Assembly (NCBI GenBank): GCA_964016885.1
Contig: OZ024748.1
Span: 37,386,001 to 37,450,000, forward strand
Length of the DNA: 64,000 bases
Direction of reading: 5' to 3'
Source: Eledone cirrhosa
Taxonomy: Eukaryota
Shown: positions 12,001 through 24,800 of the stretch, in pieces
Layout of the letters: each line of letters starts with the position of its first letter
How positions within the stretch are numbered: position 1 is the stretch's first letter
The notes under the pieces: model-generated
The model's input: only the letters and a program-made list of their open reading frames with translations
Databases searched by the model: none
What the model was told of the DNA's origin: nothing
Position numbers and translations under genes: made by a program

Positions 12001-15000
12001 TGTTAACTACCACAAGATCTAGTGTGACAATGTTAGTGTCAGTGTTAACTACCTCTAGATATAGTATGACAATGTCAGTGTCAGTGTCTACCAACTCTAG
12101 ATCTAGTATGACAATGTTAGTGTCAGTTTTAACTACCTCTAGATCTAGTGTGACAATGTTAGTGTCAGTGTTAACTACCTCTAGATATAGTATGACAATG
12201 TCAGTGTCAGTGTTTACTACCTCTAGATCTAGTATGACAATGTTAGTGTCAGTGTTAACTACCTCTAGATCTAGTGTGACAATGTTAGTGTCAGTGTTAA
12301 CTACCTCTAGATATAGTATGACAATGTAAGTGTCAGTGTTAACTACCTCTAGATCTAGTATGACAATGTCAGTGTCAGTGTTAACTACCTCTAGATCTAG
12401 TATGACAATGTCAGTGTCAGTGTTAACTACCACTAGATCTAGTATGACAATGTCAGTGTCAGTGTTAACTACCACTATATCTAGTATGACAATGTCAGAG
12501 TTAACTACCTCTAGATCTAGTATGACAATGTCAGTGTCAGAGTTAACTACCTCTATATCTAGTATGACAATGTCAGTGTCAGTGTTAACTACCACTAGAT
12601 CTAGTATGACAATGTCAGAGTTAACTACCTCTAGATCTAATATGACAATGTCAGTGTCAGTGTTAACTACCTCTAGATCTAGTGTGACAATGTTAGTGTC
12701 AGTGTTAACTACCTCTAGATCTAGTATGACAATGTTAGTGTCAGTGTTAACTACCACTAGGTCTAGTATGACAATGTCAGTGTCAGTGTTAACTACCTCT
12801 AGATCTAGTATGACAATGTCAGTGTCAGTGTTAACTACCTCTAGATCTAGTATGACAATGTTAGTGTCAGTGTTAACTACCACTAGATCTAGTATGACAA
12901 TGTCAGTGTCAGTGTTAACTACCTCTAGATCTAGTATGACAATGTTAGTGTCAGTGTTAACTTCCTCTAGATCTAGTATGACAATGTTAGTGTCAGTGTT
13001 AACTACCTCTAGATCTAGTGTGACAATGTTAGTGTCAGTGTTAACTACCTCTAGATCTAGTATGACAATGTCAGTGTCAGTGTTAACTACCTCTAGATCT
13101 AGTATGACAATGTCAGTGTCAGTGTTAACTACCTCTAGATCTAGTAAGACAATGTCAGTGTCAGTGTTAACTACCTCTAGATCTAGTATGACAATATCAG
13201 TGTCAGTGTTAACTACCTCTATATCTAGTAAGACAATGTCAGTGTCAGTGTTAACTACCTCTAGATCTAGTGTGACAATGTCAGTGTCAGTGTTAACTAC
13301 CTCTAGATCTAGTATGACAATGTCAGTGTCAGGGTTAACTACCTCAAGATCTAGTGTGACGATGTTAGTGTCAGTGTTAAATACCTCTAGATCTAGTATG
13401 ACGATGTCAGTGTCAGTGTTAACTACCACAAGATCTAGTGTGACAATGTTAGTGTCAGTGTTAACTACCTCTAGATATAGTATGACAATGTCAGTGTCAG
13501 TGTTTACTACCTCTAGATCTAGTATGACAATGTTAGTGTCAGTGTTAACTACCTCTAGATCTAGTGTGACAATGTTAGTGTCAGTGTTAACTACCTCTAG
13601 AGATAGTATGACAATGTCAGTGTCAGTGTTAACTACCTCTAGATCTAGTATGACAATGTCAGTGTCAGTGTTAACTACCTCTAGATCTAGTATGACAATG
13701 TCAGTGTCGGTGTTAACTACCACTAGATCTAGTATGACAATGTCAGTGTCAGTGTTAACTACCACAAGATCTAGTGTGACAATGTTAGTGTCAGTGTTAA
13801 CTACCTCTAGATCTAGTATGACAATGTCAGTGTCAGTGTTAACTACCACTAGATCTAGTATGACAATGTCAGAGTTAACTACCTCTAGATCTAGTATGAC
13901 AATGTCAGTGTCAGTGTTAACAACCTCTAGATCTACTATGACAATGTCAGTGTCAGTGTTAACTACCACTAGATCTAGTATGACAATGTCAGTGTCAGTG
14001 TTAACTACCTCTAGATCTAGTATGACAATGTCAGTGTCAGTGTTAACTACCTCTAGATCTAGTGTGACAATGTCAGTGTCAGTGTTAACTACCTCTAGAT
14101 CTAGTATGACAATGTTAGTGTCAGTGTTAACTATCTCTAGATCTAGTGTGACAATGTTAGTGTCAGTGTTAACTACCTCTAGATATAGTATGACAATGTC
14201 AGTGTCAGTGTTAACTACCTCTAGATCTAGTGTGACAATGTCAGTGTCAGTGTTAACTACCTCTAGATCTAGTATGACAATTTTAGTGTCAGTGTTAACT
14301 ATCTCTAGATCTAGTGTGACAATGTTAGTGTCAGTGTTAACTACCTCTAGATATAGTATGACAATGTCAGTGTCAGTGTTAACTACCTCTAGATCTAGTA
14401 TGACAATGTCAGTGTCAGTGTTAACTACCACAAGATCTAGTGTGACAATGTTAGTGTCAGTGTTAACTACCTCTAGATATAGTATGACAATGTCAGTGTC
14501 AGTGTTTACTACCTCTAGATCTAGTATGACAATGTTAGTGTCAGTGTTAACTACCTCTAGATCTAGTGTGACAATGTTAGTGTCAGTGTTAACTACCTCT
14601 AGATATAGTATGACAATGTTAGTGTCAGTGTTAACTACCTCTAGATCTAGTATGACAATGTTAGTGTCAGTGTTAACTACCTCTAGATCTAGTATGACAA
14701 TGTTAGTGTCAGTGTTAACTACCTCTAGATCTAGTATGACAATGTTAGTGTCAGTGTTAACTACCTCTAGATATAGTATGACAATGTCAGTGTCAGTGTT
14801 AACTACCTCTAGATCTAGTATGACAACGTCAGTGTCATGGTTAACTACCTCTAGATCTAGTGTGACAATGTTAGTGTCAGTGTTAACTACCACTAGATCT
14901 AGTATGACAATGTCAGTGTCAGTGTTAACTCCCTCTAGATCTAGTATGACAATGTTAGTGTCAGTGTTAACTACCACTAGATCTAGTATGACAATGTCAG

Positions 15001-16800
15001 TGTCAGGGTTAACTACCTCAAGATCTAGTGTGACAATGTTAGTGTCAGTGTTAACTACCACTAGATCTAGTATGACAATGTCAGAGTTAACTACCTCTAG
15101 ATGTAATATGACAATGTCAGTGTCAGTGTTAACTACCTCTAGATCTAGTATGACAATGTCAGTGTCAGTGTTAACTACCTCTAGATCTAGTGTGACAATG
15201 TCAGTGTCAGTGTTAACTACCTCTAGATCTAGTATGACAATGTCAGTGTCAGTGTTAACTACCTCTAGATCTAGTGTGACAATGTCAGTGTCAGTGTTAA
15301 CTACCTCTAGATCTAGTATGACAATGTTAGTGTCAGTGTTAACTATCTCTAGATCTAGTGTGACAATGTTAGTGTCAGTGTTAACTACCTCTAGATATAG
15401 TATGACAATGTCAGTGTCAGTGTTAACTACCTCTAGATCTAGTGTGACAATGTCAGTGTCAGTGTTAACTACCTCTAGATCTAGTATGACAATGTTAGTG
15501 TCAGTGTTAACTATCTCTAGATCTAGTGTGACAATGTTAGTGTCAGTGTTAACTACCTCTAGATATAGTATGACAATGTCAGTGTCAGTGTTAACTACCT
15601 CTAGATCTAGTATGACAATGTCAGTGTCAGTGTTAACTACCACAAGATCTAGTGTGACAATGTTAGTGTCAGTGTTAACTACCTCTAGATATAGTATGAC
15701 AATGTCAGTGTCAGTGTTTACTACCTCTAGATCTAGTATGACAATGTTAGTGTCAGTGTTAACTACCTCTAGATCTAGTGTGACAATGTTAGTGTCAGTG
15801 TTAACTACCTCTACATATAGTATGACAATGTTAGTGTCAGTGTTAACTACCTCTAGATCTAGTATGACAATGTTAGTGTCAGTGTTAACTACCTCTAGAT
15901 CTAGTATGACAATGTTAGTGTCAGTGTTAACTACCTCTAGATCTAGTGTGACAATGTTAGTGTCAGTGTTAACTACCTCTAGATATAGTATGACAATGTC
16001 AGTGTCAGTGTTAACTACCTCTAGATCTAGTATGACAATGTCAGTGTCATGGTTAACTACCTCTAGATCTAGTGTGACAATGTTAGTGTCAGTGTTAACT
16101 ACCACTAGATCTAGTATGACAATGTCAGTGTCAGTGTTAACTACCTCTAGATCTAGTATGACAATGTTAGTGTCAGTGTTAACTACCACTAGATCTAGAA
16201 TGACAATGTCAGTGTCAGGGTTAACTACCTCAAGATCTAGTGTGACAATGTTAGTGTCAGTGTTAACTACCTCTAGATCTAGTATGACAATGTTAGTGTC
16301 AGTGTTAACTACCACTAGATCTAGTATGATAATGTCAGTGTCAGGGTTAACTACCTCAAGATCTAGTGTGACAATGTCAGTGTCAGTGTTAACTACCTCT
16401 AGATCTAGTATGACAATGTCAGTGTCAGTGTTAACTACCTCTAGATCTAGTATGACAATGTTAGTGTCAGTGTTAACTACCTCTAGATCTAGTATGACAA
16501 TGTTAGTGTCAGTGTTAACTACCTCTAGATCTAGTGTGACAATGTTAGTGTCAGTGTTAACTACCTCAAGATCTAGTGTGACAATGTTAGTGTCAGTGTT
16601 AACTACCTCTAGTTATAGTATGACAATGTTAGTGTCAGTGTTAACTACCTGTAGATCTAGTATGACAATATCAGTGTCAGTGTTAACTACCTCTAGATCT
16701 AGTATGACAATGTTAGTGTCAGTGTTATCTACCTCTAGATCTAGTATGACAATGTCAGTGTCAGTGTTAACTACCTCTAGATCTAGTGAGACGATGTTAG
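1..16800. repeat. Four related multi-kb blocks (partial copy to 3059; 3060-7613; 7614-12329; 12330 to about 16800)
   Basis: They share private variants: ATGTAAG at 3054, 7608 and 12324; CTAGGTCT near 223, 3487, 8041 and 12757; and paired AGTAAGAC. Position 1 corresponds to 3265. Offsets are 3264, 4554 and 4716, so the blocks differ by internal gain or loss of monomers. The right boundary is approximate. Confidence 0.85.
1025..2290. repeat. Local trimer higher-order repeat (126 bp)
   Basis: The ATATAG variant occurs at 1025, 1151, 1277, 1403, 1529, 1655, 1781, 1907, 2033, 2159 and 2285, exactly every 126 bp. Confidence 0.9.
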
Positions 16801-19800
16801 TGTCAGTGTTAACTACCTCTAGATATAGTATGACAATGTCAGTGTCAGTGTTAACTACCTCTAGATCTAGTATGACAACGTCAGTGTCATGGTTAACTAC
16901 CTCTAGATCTAGTGTGACAATGTTAGTGTCAGTGTTAACTACCACTAGATCTAGTATGACAATGTCAGTGTCAGTGTTAACTCCCTCTAGATCTAGTATG
17001 ACAATGTTAGTGTCAGTGTTAACTACCACTAGATCTAGTATGACAATGTCAGTGTCAGGGTTAACTACCTCAAGATCTAGTGTGACAATGTTAGTGTCAG
17101 TGTTAACTACCACTAGATCTAGTATGACAATGTCAGAGTTAACTACCTCTAGATGTAATATGACAATGTCAGTGTCAGTGTTAACTACCTCTAGATCTAG
17201 TATGACAATGTCAGTGTCAGTGTTAACTACCTCTAGATCTAGTGTGACAATGTCAGTGTCAGTGTTAACTACCTCTAGATCTAGTGTGACAATGTCAGTG
17301 TCAGTGTTAACTACCTCTAGATCTAGTATGACAATGTTAGTGTCAGTGTTAACTATCTATAGATCTAGTGTGACAATGTTAGTGTCAGTGTTAACTACCT
17401 CTAGATATAGTATGACAATGTCAGTGTCAGTGTTAACTACCTCTAGATCTAGTGTGACAATGTCAGTGTCAGTGTTAACTACCTCTAGATCTAGTATGAC
17501 AATGTTAGTGTCAGTGTTAACTACCTCTAGATATAGTATGACAATGTCAGTGTCAGTGTTAACTACCTCTAGATCTAGTATGACAATGTCAGTGTCAGTG
17601 TTAACTACCACAAGATCTAGTGTGACAATGTTAGTGTCAGTGTTAACTACCTCTAGATATAGTATGACAATGTCAGTGTCAGTGTTTACTACCTCTAGAT
17701 CTAGTATGACAATGTTAGTGTCAGTGTTAACTACCTCTAGATCTAGTGTGACAATGTTAGTGTCAGTGTTAACTACCTCTACATATAGTATGACAATGTT
17801 AGTGTCAGTGTTAACTACCTCTAGATCTAGTATGACAATGTTAGTGTCAGTGTTAACTACCTCTAGATCTAGTATGACAATGTTAGTGTCAGTGTTAACT
17901 ACCTCTAGATCTAGTGTGACAATGTTAGTGTCAGTGTTAACTACCTCTAGATATAGTATGACAATGTCAGTGTCAGTGTTAACTACCTCTAGATCTAGTA
18001 TGACAATGTCAGTGTCATGGTTAACTACCTCTAGATCTAGTGTGACAATGTTAGTGTCAGTGTTAACTACCACTAGATCTAGTATGACAATGTCAGTGTC
18101 AGTGTTAACTACCTCTAGATCTAGTATGACAATGTTAGTGTCAGTGTTAACTACCACTAGATCTAGAATGACAATGTCAGTGTCAGGGTTAACTACCTCA
18201 AGATCTAGTGTGACAATGTTAGTGTCAGGGTTAACTACCTCTAGATCTAGTATGACAATGTTAGTGTCAGTGTTAACTACCACTAGATCTAGTATGACAA
18301 TGTCAGTGTCAGGGTTAACTACCTCAAGATCTAGTGTGACAATGTCAGTGTCAGTGTTAACTACCTCTAGATCTAGTATGACAATGTCAGTGTCAGTGTT
18401 AACTACCTCTAGATCTAGTATGACAATGTTAGTGTCAGTGTTAACTACCTCTAGATCTAGTATGACAATGTTAGTGTCAGTGTTAACTACCTCTAGATCT
18501 AGTGTGACAATGTTAGTGTCAGTGATAACTACCTCAAGATCTAGTGTGACAATGTTAGTGTCAGTGTTAACTACCTCTAGTTATAGTATGACAATGTTAG
18601 TGTCAGTGTTAACTACCTGTAGATCTAGTATGACAATATCAGTGTCAGTGTTAACTACCTCTAGATCTAGTATGACAATGTTAGTGTCAGTGTTATCTAC
18701 CTCTAGATCTAGTATGACAATGTCAGTGTCAGTGTTAACTACCTCTAGATCTAGTGAGACGATGTTAGTGTCAGTGTTAACTACCTGTAGATCTAGTATG
18801 ACAATGTCAGTGTCAGGGTTAACTAGCTCTAGATCTAGTATGACAATGTTAGTGTCAGTGTTAACTACCACTAGATCTAGTGTGACAATGTTAGTGTCAG
18901 TGTTAACTACCTCTAGATCTAGTGTGACAATGTTAGTGTCAGTGTTAACTACCACTAGATCTAGTGTGACAATGTTAGTGTCAGTGTTAACTACCTCTAG
19001 ATATAGTATGACAATGTCAGTGTCAGTGTTAACTACCTCTAGATCTAGTATGACAATGTCAGTGTCAGTGTTAACTACCACAAGATCTAGTGTGACAATG
19101 TTAGTGTCAGTGTTAACTACCTCTAGATATAGTATGACAATGTCAGTGTCAGTGTTTACTACCTCTAGATCTAGTATGACAATGTTAGTGTCAGTGTTAA
19201 CTACCTCTAGATCTAGTGTGACAATGTTAGTGTCAGTGTTAACTACCTCTAGATATAGTATGACAATGTCAGTGTCAGTGTTAACTACCTCTAGATCTAG
19301 TATGACAATGTCAGTGTCAGTGTTAACTACCACAAGATCTAGTGTGACAATGTTAGTGTCAGTGTTAACTACCTCTAGATATAGTATGACAATGTCAGTG
19401 TCAGTGTTTACTACCTCTAGATCTAGTATGACAATGTTAGTGTCAGTGTTAACTACCTCTAGATCTAGTGTGACAATGTTAGTGTCAGTGTTAACTACCT
19501 CTAGATATAGTATGACAATGTTAGTGTCAGTGTTAACTACCTCTAGATCTAGTATGACAACGTTAGTGTCAGTGTTAACTACCTCTAGATCTAGTATGAC
19601 AATGTTAGTGTCAGTGTTAACTACCTCTAGATCTAGTATGACAATGTTAGTGTCAGTGTTAACTACCTCTAGATATAGTATGACAATGTCAGTGTCAGTG
19701 TTAACTACCTCTAGATCTAGTATGACAATGTCAGTGTCATGGTTAACTACCTCTAGATCTAGTATGACAATTTTAGTGTCAGTGTTAACTACCACTAGAT

Positions 19801-21899
19801 CTAGTATGACAATGTCAGTGTCAGGGTTAACTACCTCAAGATCTAGTGTGACAATGTTAGTGTCAGTGTTAACTACCACTAGATCTAGTATGACAATGTC
19901 AGAGTTAACTACCTCTAGATGTAATATGACAATGTCAGTGTCAGTGTTAACTACCTCTAGATCTAGTATGACAATATCAGTGTCAGTGTTAACTACCTCT
20001 AGATCTAGTGTGACAATGTCAGTGTCAGTGTTAACTACCTCTAGATCTAGTATGACAATGTCAGTGTCAGTGTTAACTACCTCTAGATCTAGTGTGACAA
20101 TGTCAGTGTCAGTGTTAACTACCTCTAGATCTAGTATGACAATGTCAGTGTCAGTGTTAACTACCTCTAGATCTAGTGAGACGATGTTAGTGTCAGTGTT
20201 AACTACCTCTAGATATAGTATGACAATGTCAGTGTCAGTGTTAACTACCTCTAGATCTAGTATGACAACGTCAGTGTCATGGTTAACTACCTCTAGATCT
20301 AGTGTGACAATGTTAGTGTCAGTGTTAACTACCACTAGATCTAGTATGACAATGTCAGTGTCAGTGTTAACTCCCTCTAGATCTAGTATGACAATGTTAG
20401 TGTCAGTGTTAACTACCACTAGATCTAGTATGACAATGTCAGTGTCAGGGTTAACTACCTCAAGATCTAGTGTGACAATGTTAGTGTCAGTGTTAACTAC
20501 CACTAGATCTAGTATGACAATGTCAGAGTTAACTACCTCTAGATGTAATATGACAATGTCAGTGTCAGTGTTAACTACCTCTAGATCTAGTATGACAATG
20601 TCAGTGTCAGTGTTAACTACCTCTAGATCTAGTGTGACAATGTCAGTGTCAGTGTTAACTACCTCTAGATCTAGTATGACAATGTCAGTGTCAGTGTTAA
20701 CTACCTCTAGATCTAGTGTGACAATGTCAGTGTCAGTGTTAACTACCTCTAGATCTAGTATGACAATGTTAGTGTCAGTGTTAACTATCTCTAGATCTAG
20801 TGTGACAATGTTAGTGTCAGTGTTAACTACCTCTAGATATAGTATGACAATGTCAGTGTCAGTGTTAACTACCTCTAGATCTAGTGTGACAATGTCAGTG
20901 TCAGTGTTAACTACCTCTAGATCTAGTATGACAATGTTAGTGTCAGTGTTAACTACCTCTAGATATAGTATGACAATGTCAGTGTCAGTGTTAACTACCT
21001 CTAGATCTAGTATGACAATGTCAGTGTCAGTGTTAACTACCACAAGATCTAGTGTGACAATGTTAGTGTCAGTGTTAACTACCTCTAGATATAGTATGAC
21101 AATGTCAGTGTCAGTGTTTACTACCTCTAGATCTAGTATGACAATGTTAGTGTCAGTGTTAACTACCTCTAGATCTAGTGTGACAATGTTAGTGTCAGTG
21201 TTAACTACCTCTACATATAGTATGACAATGTTAGTGTCAGTGTTAACTACCTCTAGATCTAGTATGACAATGTTAGTGTCAGTGTTAACTACCTCTAGAT
21301 CTAGTATGACAATGTTAGTGTCAGTGTTAACTACCTCTAGATCTAGTGTGACAATGTTAGTGTCAGTGTTAACTACCTCTAGATATAGTATGACAATGTC
21401 AGTGTCAGTGTTAACTACCTCTAGATCTAGTATGACAATGTCAGTGTCATGGTTAACTACCTCTAGATCTAGTGTGACAATGTTAGTGTCAGTGTTAACT
21501 ACCTCTAGATATAGTATGACAATGTCAGTGTCAGTGTTAACTACCTCTAGATCTAGTATGACAATGTCAGTGTCATGGTTAACTACCTCTAGATCTAGTA
21601 TGACAATGTTAGTGTCAGTGTTAACTACCACTAGATCTAGAATGACAATGTCAGTGTCAGGGTTAACTACCTCAAGATCTAGTGTGACAATGTTAGTGTC
21701 AGTGTTAACTACCTCTAGATCTAGTATGACAATGTTAGTGTCAGTGTTAACTACCACTAGATCTAGTATGACAATGTCAGTGTCAGGGTTAACTACCTCA
21801 AGATCTAGTGTGACAATGTCAGTGTCAGTGTTAACTACCTCTAGATCTAGTATGACAATGTCAGTGTCAGTGTTAACTACCTCTAGATCTAGTATGACA

Positions 21900-24800
21900 A
21901 TGTTAGTGTCAGTGTTAACTACCTCTAGATCTAGTATGACAATGTTAGTGTCAGTGTTAACTACCTCTAGATCTAGTGTGACAATGTTAGTGTCAGTGTT
22001 AACTACCTCAAGATCTAGTGTGACAATGTTAGTGTCAGTGTTAACTACCTCTAGTTATAGTATGACAATGTTAGTGTCAGTGTTAACTACCTGTAGATCT
22101 AGTATGACAATATCAGTGTCAGTGTTAACTACCTCTAGATCTAGTATGACAATGTTAGTGTCAGTGTTATCTACCTCTAGATCTAGTATGACAATGTCAG
22201 TGTCAGTGTTAACTACCTCTAGATCTAGTGAGACGATGTTAGTGTCAGTGTTAACTACCTGTAGATCTAGTATGACAATGTCAGTGTCAGGGTTAACTAG
22301 CTCTAGATCTAGTATGACAATGTTAGTGTCAGTGTTAACTACCACTAGATCTAGTGTGACAATGTTAGTGTCAGTGTTAACTACCTCTAGATCTAGTGTG
22401 ACAATGTTAGTGTCAGTGTTAACTACCACTAGATCTAGTGTGACAATGTTAGTGTCAGTGTTAACTACCTCTAGATATAGTATGACAATGTCAGTGTCAG
22501 TGTTAACTACCTCTAGATCTAGTATGACAATGTCAGTGTCAGTGTTAACTACCACAAGATCTAGTGTGACAATGTTAGTGTCAGTGTTAACTACCTCTAG
22601 ATATAGTATGACAATGTCAGTGTCAGTGTTTACTACCTCTAGATCTAGTATGACAATGTTAGTGTCAGTGTTAACTACCTCTAGATCTAGTGTGACAATG
22701 TTAGTGTCAGTGTTAACTACCTCTAGATATAGTATGACAATGTCAGTGTCAGTGTTAACTACCTCTAGATCTAGTATGACAATGTCAGTGTCAGTGTTAA
22801 CTACCACAAGATCTAGTGTGACAATGTTAGTGTCAGTGTTAACTACCTCTAGATATAGTAGGACAATGTCAGTGTCAGTGTTTACTACCTCTAGATCTAG
22901 TATGACAATGTTAGTGTCAGTGTTAACTACCTCTAGATCTAGTGTGACAATGTTAGTGTCAGTGTTAACTACCTCTAGATATAGTATGACAATGTTAGTG
23001 TCAGTGTTAACTACCTCTAGATCTAGTATGACAACGTTAGTGTCAGTGTTAACTACCTCTAGATCTAGTATGACAATGTTAGTGTTAGTGTTAACTACCT
23101 CTAGATCTAGTATGACAATGTTAGTGTCAGTGTTAACTACCTCTAGATATAGTATGACAATGTCAGTGTCAGTGTTAACTACCTCTAGATCTAGTATGAC
23201 AATGTCAGTGTCATGGTTAACTACCTCTAGATCTAGTGTGACAATGTTAGTGTCAGTGTTAACTACCACTAGATCTAGTATGACAATGTCAGTGTCAGTG
23301 TTAACTCCCTCTAGATCTAGTATGACAATTTTAGTGTCAGTGTTAACTACCACTAGATCTAGTATGACAATGTCAGTGTCAGGGTTAACTACCTCAAGAT
23401 CTAGTGTGACAATGTTAGTGTCAGTGTTAACTACCACTAGATCTAGTATGACAATGTCAGAGTTAACTACCTCTAGATGTAATATGACAATGTCAGTGTC
23501 AGTGTTAACTACCTCTAGATCTAGTATGACAATATCAGTGTCAGTGTTAACTACCTCTAGATCTAGTGTGACAATGTCAGTGTCAGTGTTAACTACCTCT
23601 AGATCTAGTATGACAATGTCAGTGTCAGTGTTAACTACCTCTAGATCTAGTGTGACAATGTCAGTGTCAGTGTTAACTACCTCTAGATCTAGTATGACAA
23701 TGTTAGTGTCAGTGTTAACTATCTCTAGATCTAGTGTGACAATGTTAGTGTCAGTGTTAACTACCTCTAGATATAGTATGACAATGTCAGTGTCAGTGTT
23801 AACTACCTCTAGATCTAGTGTGACAATGTCAGTGTCAGTGTTAACTACCTCTAGATCTAGTATGACAATGTTAGTGTCAGTGTTAACTATCTCTATATCT
23901 AGTGTGACAATGTTAGTGTCAGTGTTAACTACCTCTAGATATAGTATGACAATGTCAGTGTCAGTGTTAACTACCTCTAGATCTAGTATGACAATGTCAG
24001 TGTCAGTGTTAACTACCACAAGATCTAGTGTGACAATGTTAGTGTCAGTGTTAACTACCTCTAGATATAGTATGACAATGTCAGTGTCAGTGTTTACTAC
24101 CTCTAGATCTAGTATGACAATGTTAGTGTCAGTGTTAACTACCTCTAGATCTAGTATGACAATGTTAGTGTCAGTGTTAACTACCTCTAGATCTAGTGTG
24201 ACAATGTTAGTGTCAGTGTTAACTACCTCAAGATCTAGTGTGACAATGTTAGTGTCAGTGTTAACTACCTCTAGTTATAGTATGACAATGTTAGTGTCAG
24301 TGTTAACTACCTGTAGATCTAGTATGACAATATCAGTGTCAGTGTTAACTACCTCTAGATCTAGTATGACAATGTTAGTGTCAGTGTTATCTACCTCTAG
24401 ATCTAGTATGACAATGTCAGTGTCAGTGTTAACTACCTCTAGATCTAGTGAGACGATGTTAGTGTCAGTGTTAACTACCTGTAGATCTAGTATGACAATG
24501 TCAGTGTCAGGGTTAACTAGCTCTAGATCTAGTATGACAATGTTAGTGTCAGTGTTAACTACCACTAGATCTAGTGTGACAATGTTAGTGTCAGTGTTAA
24601 CTACCTCTAGATCTAGTGTGACAATGTTAGTGTCAGTGTTAACTACCACTAGATCTAGTGTGACAATGTTAGTGTCAGTGTTAACTACCTCTAGATATAG
24701 TATGACAATGTCAGTGTCAGTGTTAACTACCTCTAGATCTAGTATGACAATGTCAGTGTCAGTGTTAACTACCACAAGATCTAGTGTGACAATGTTAGTG

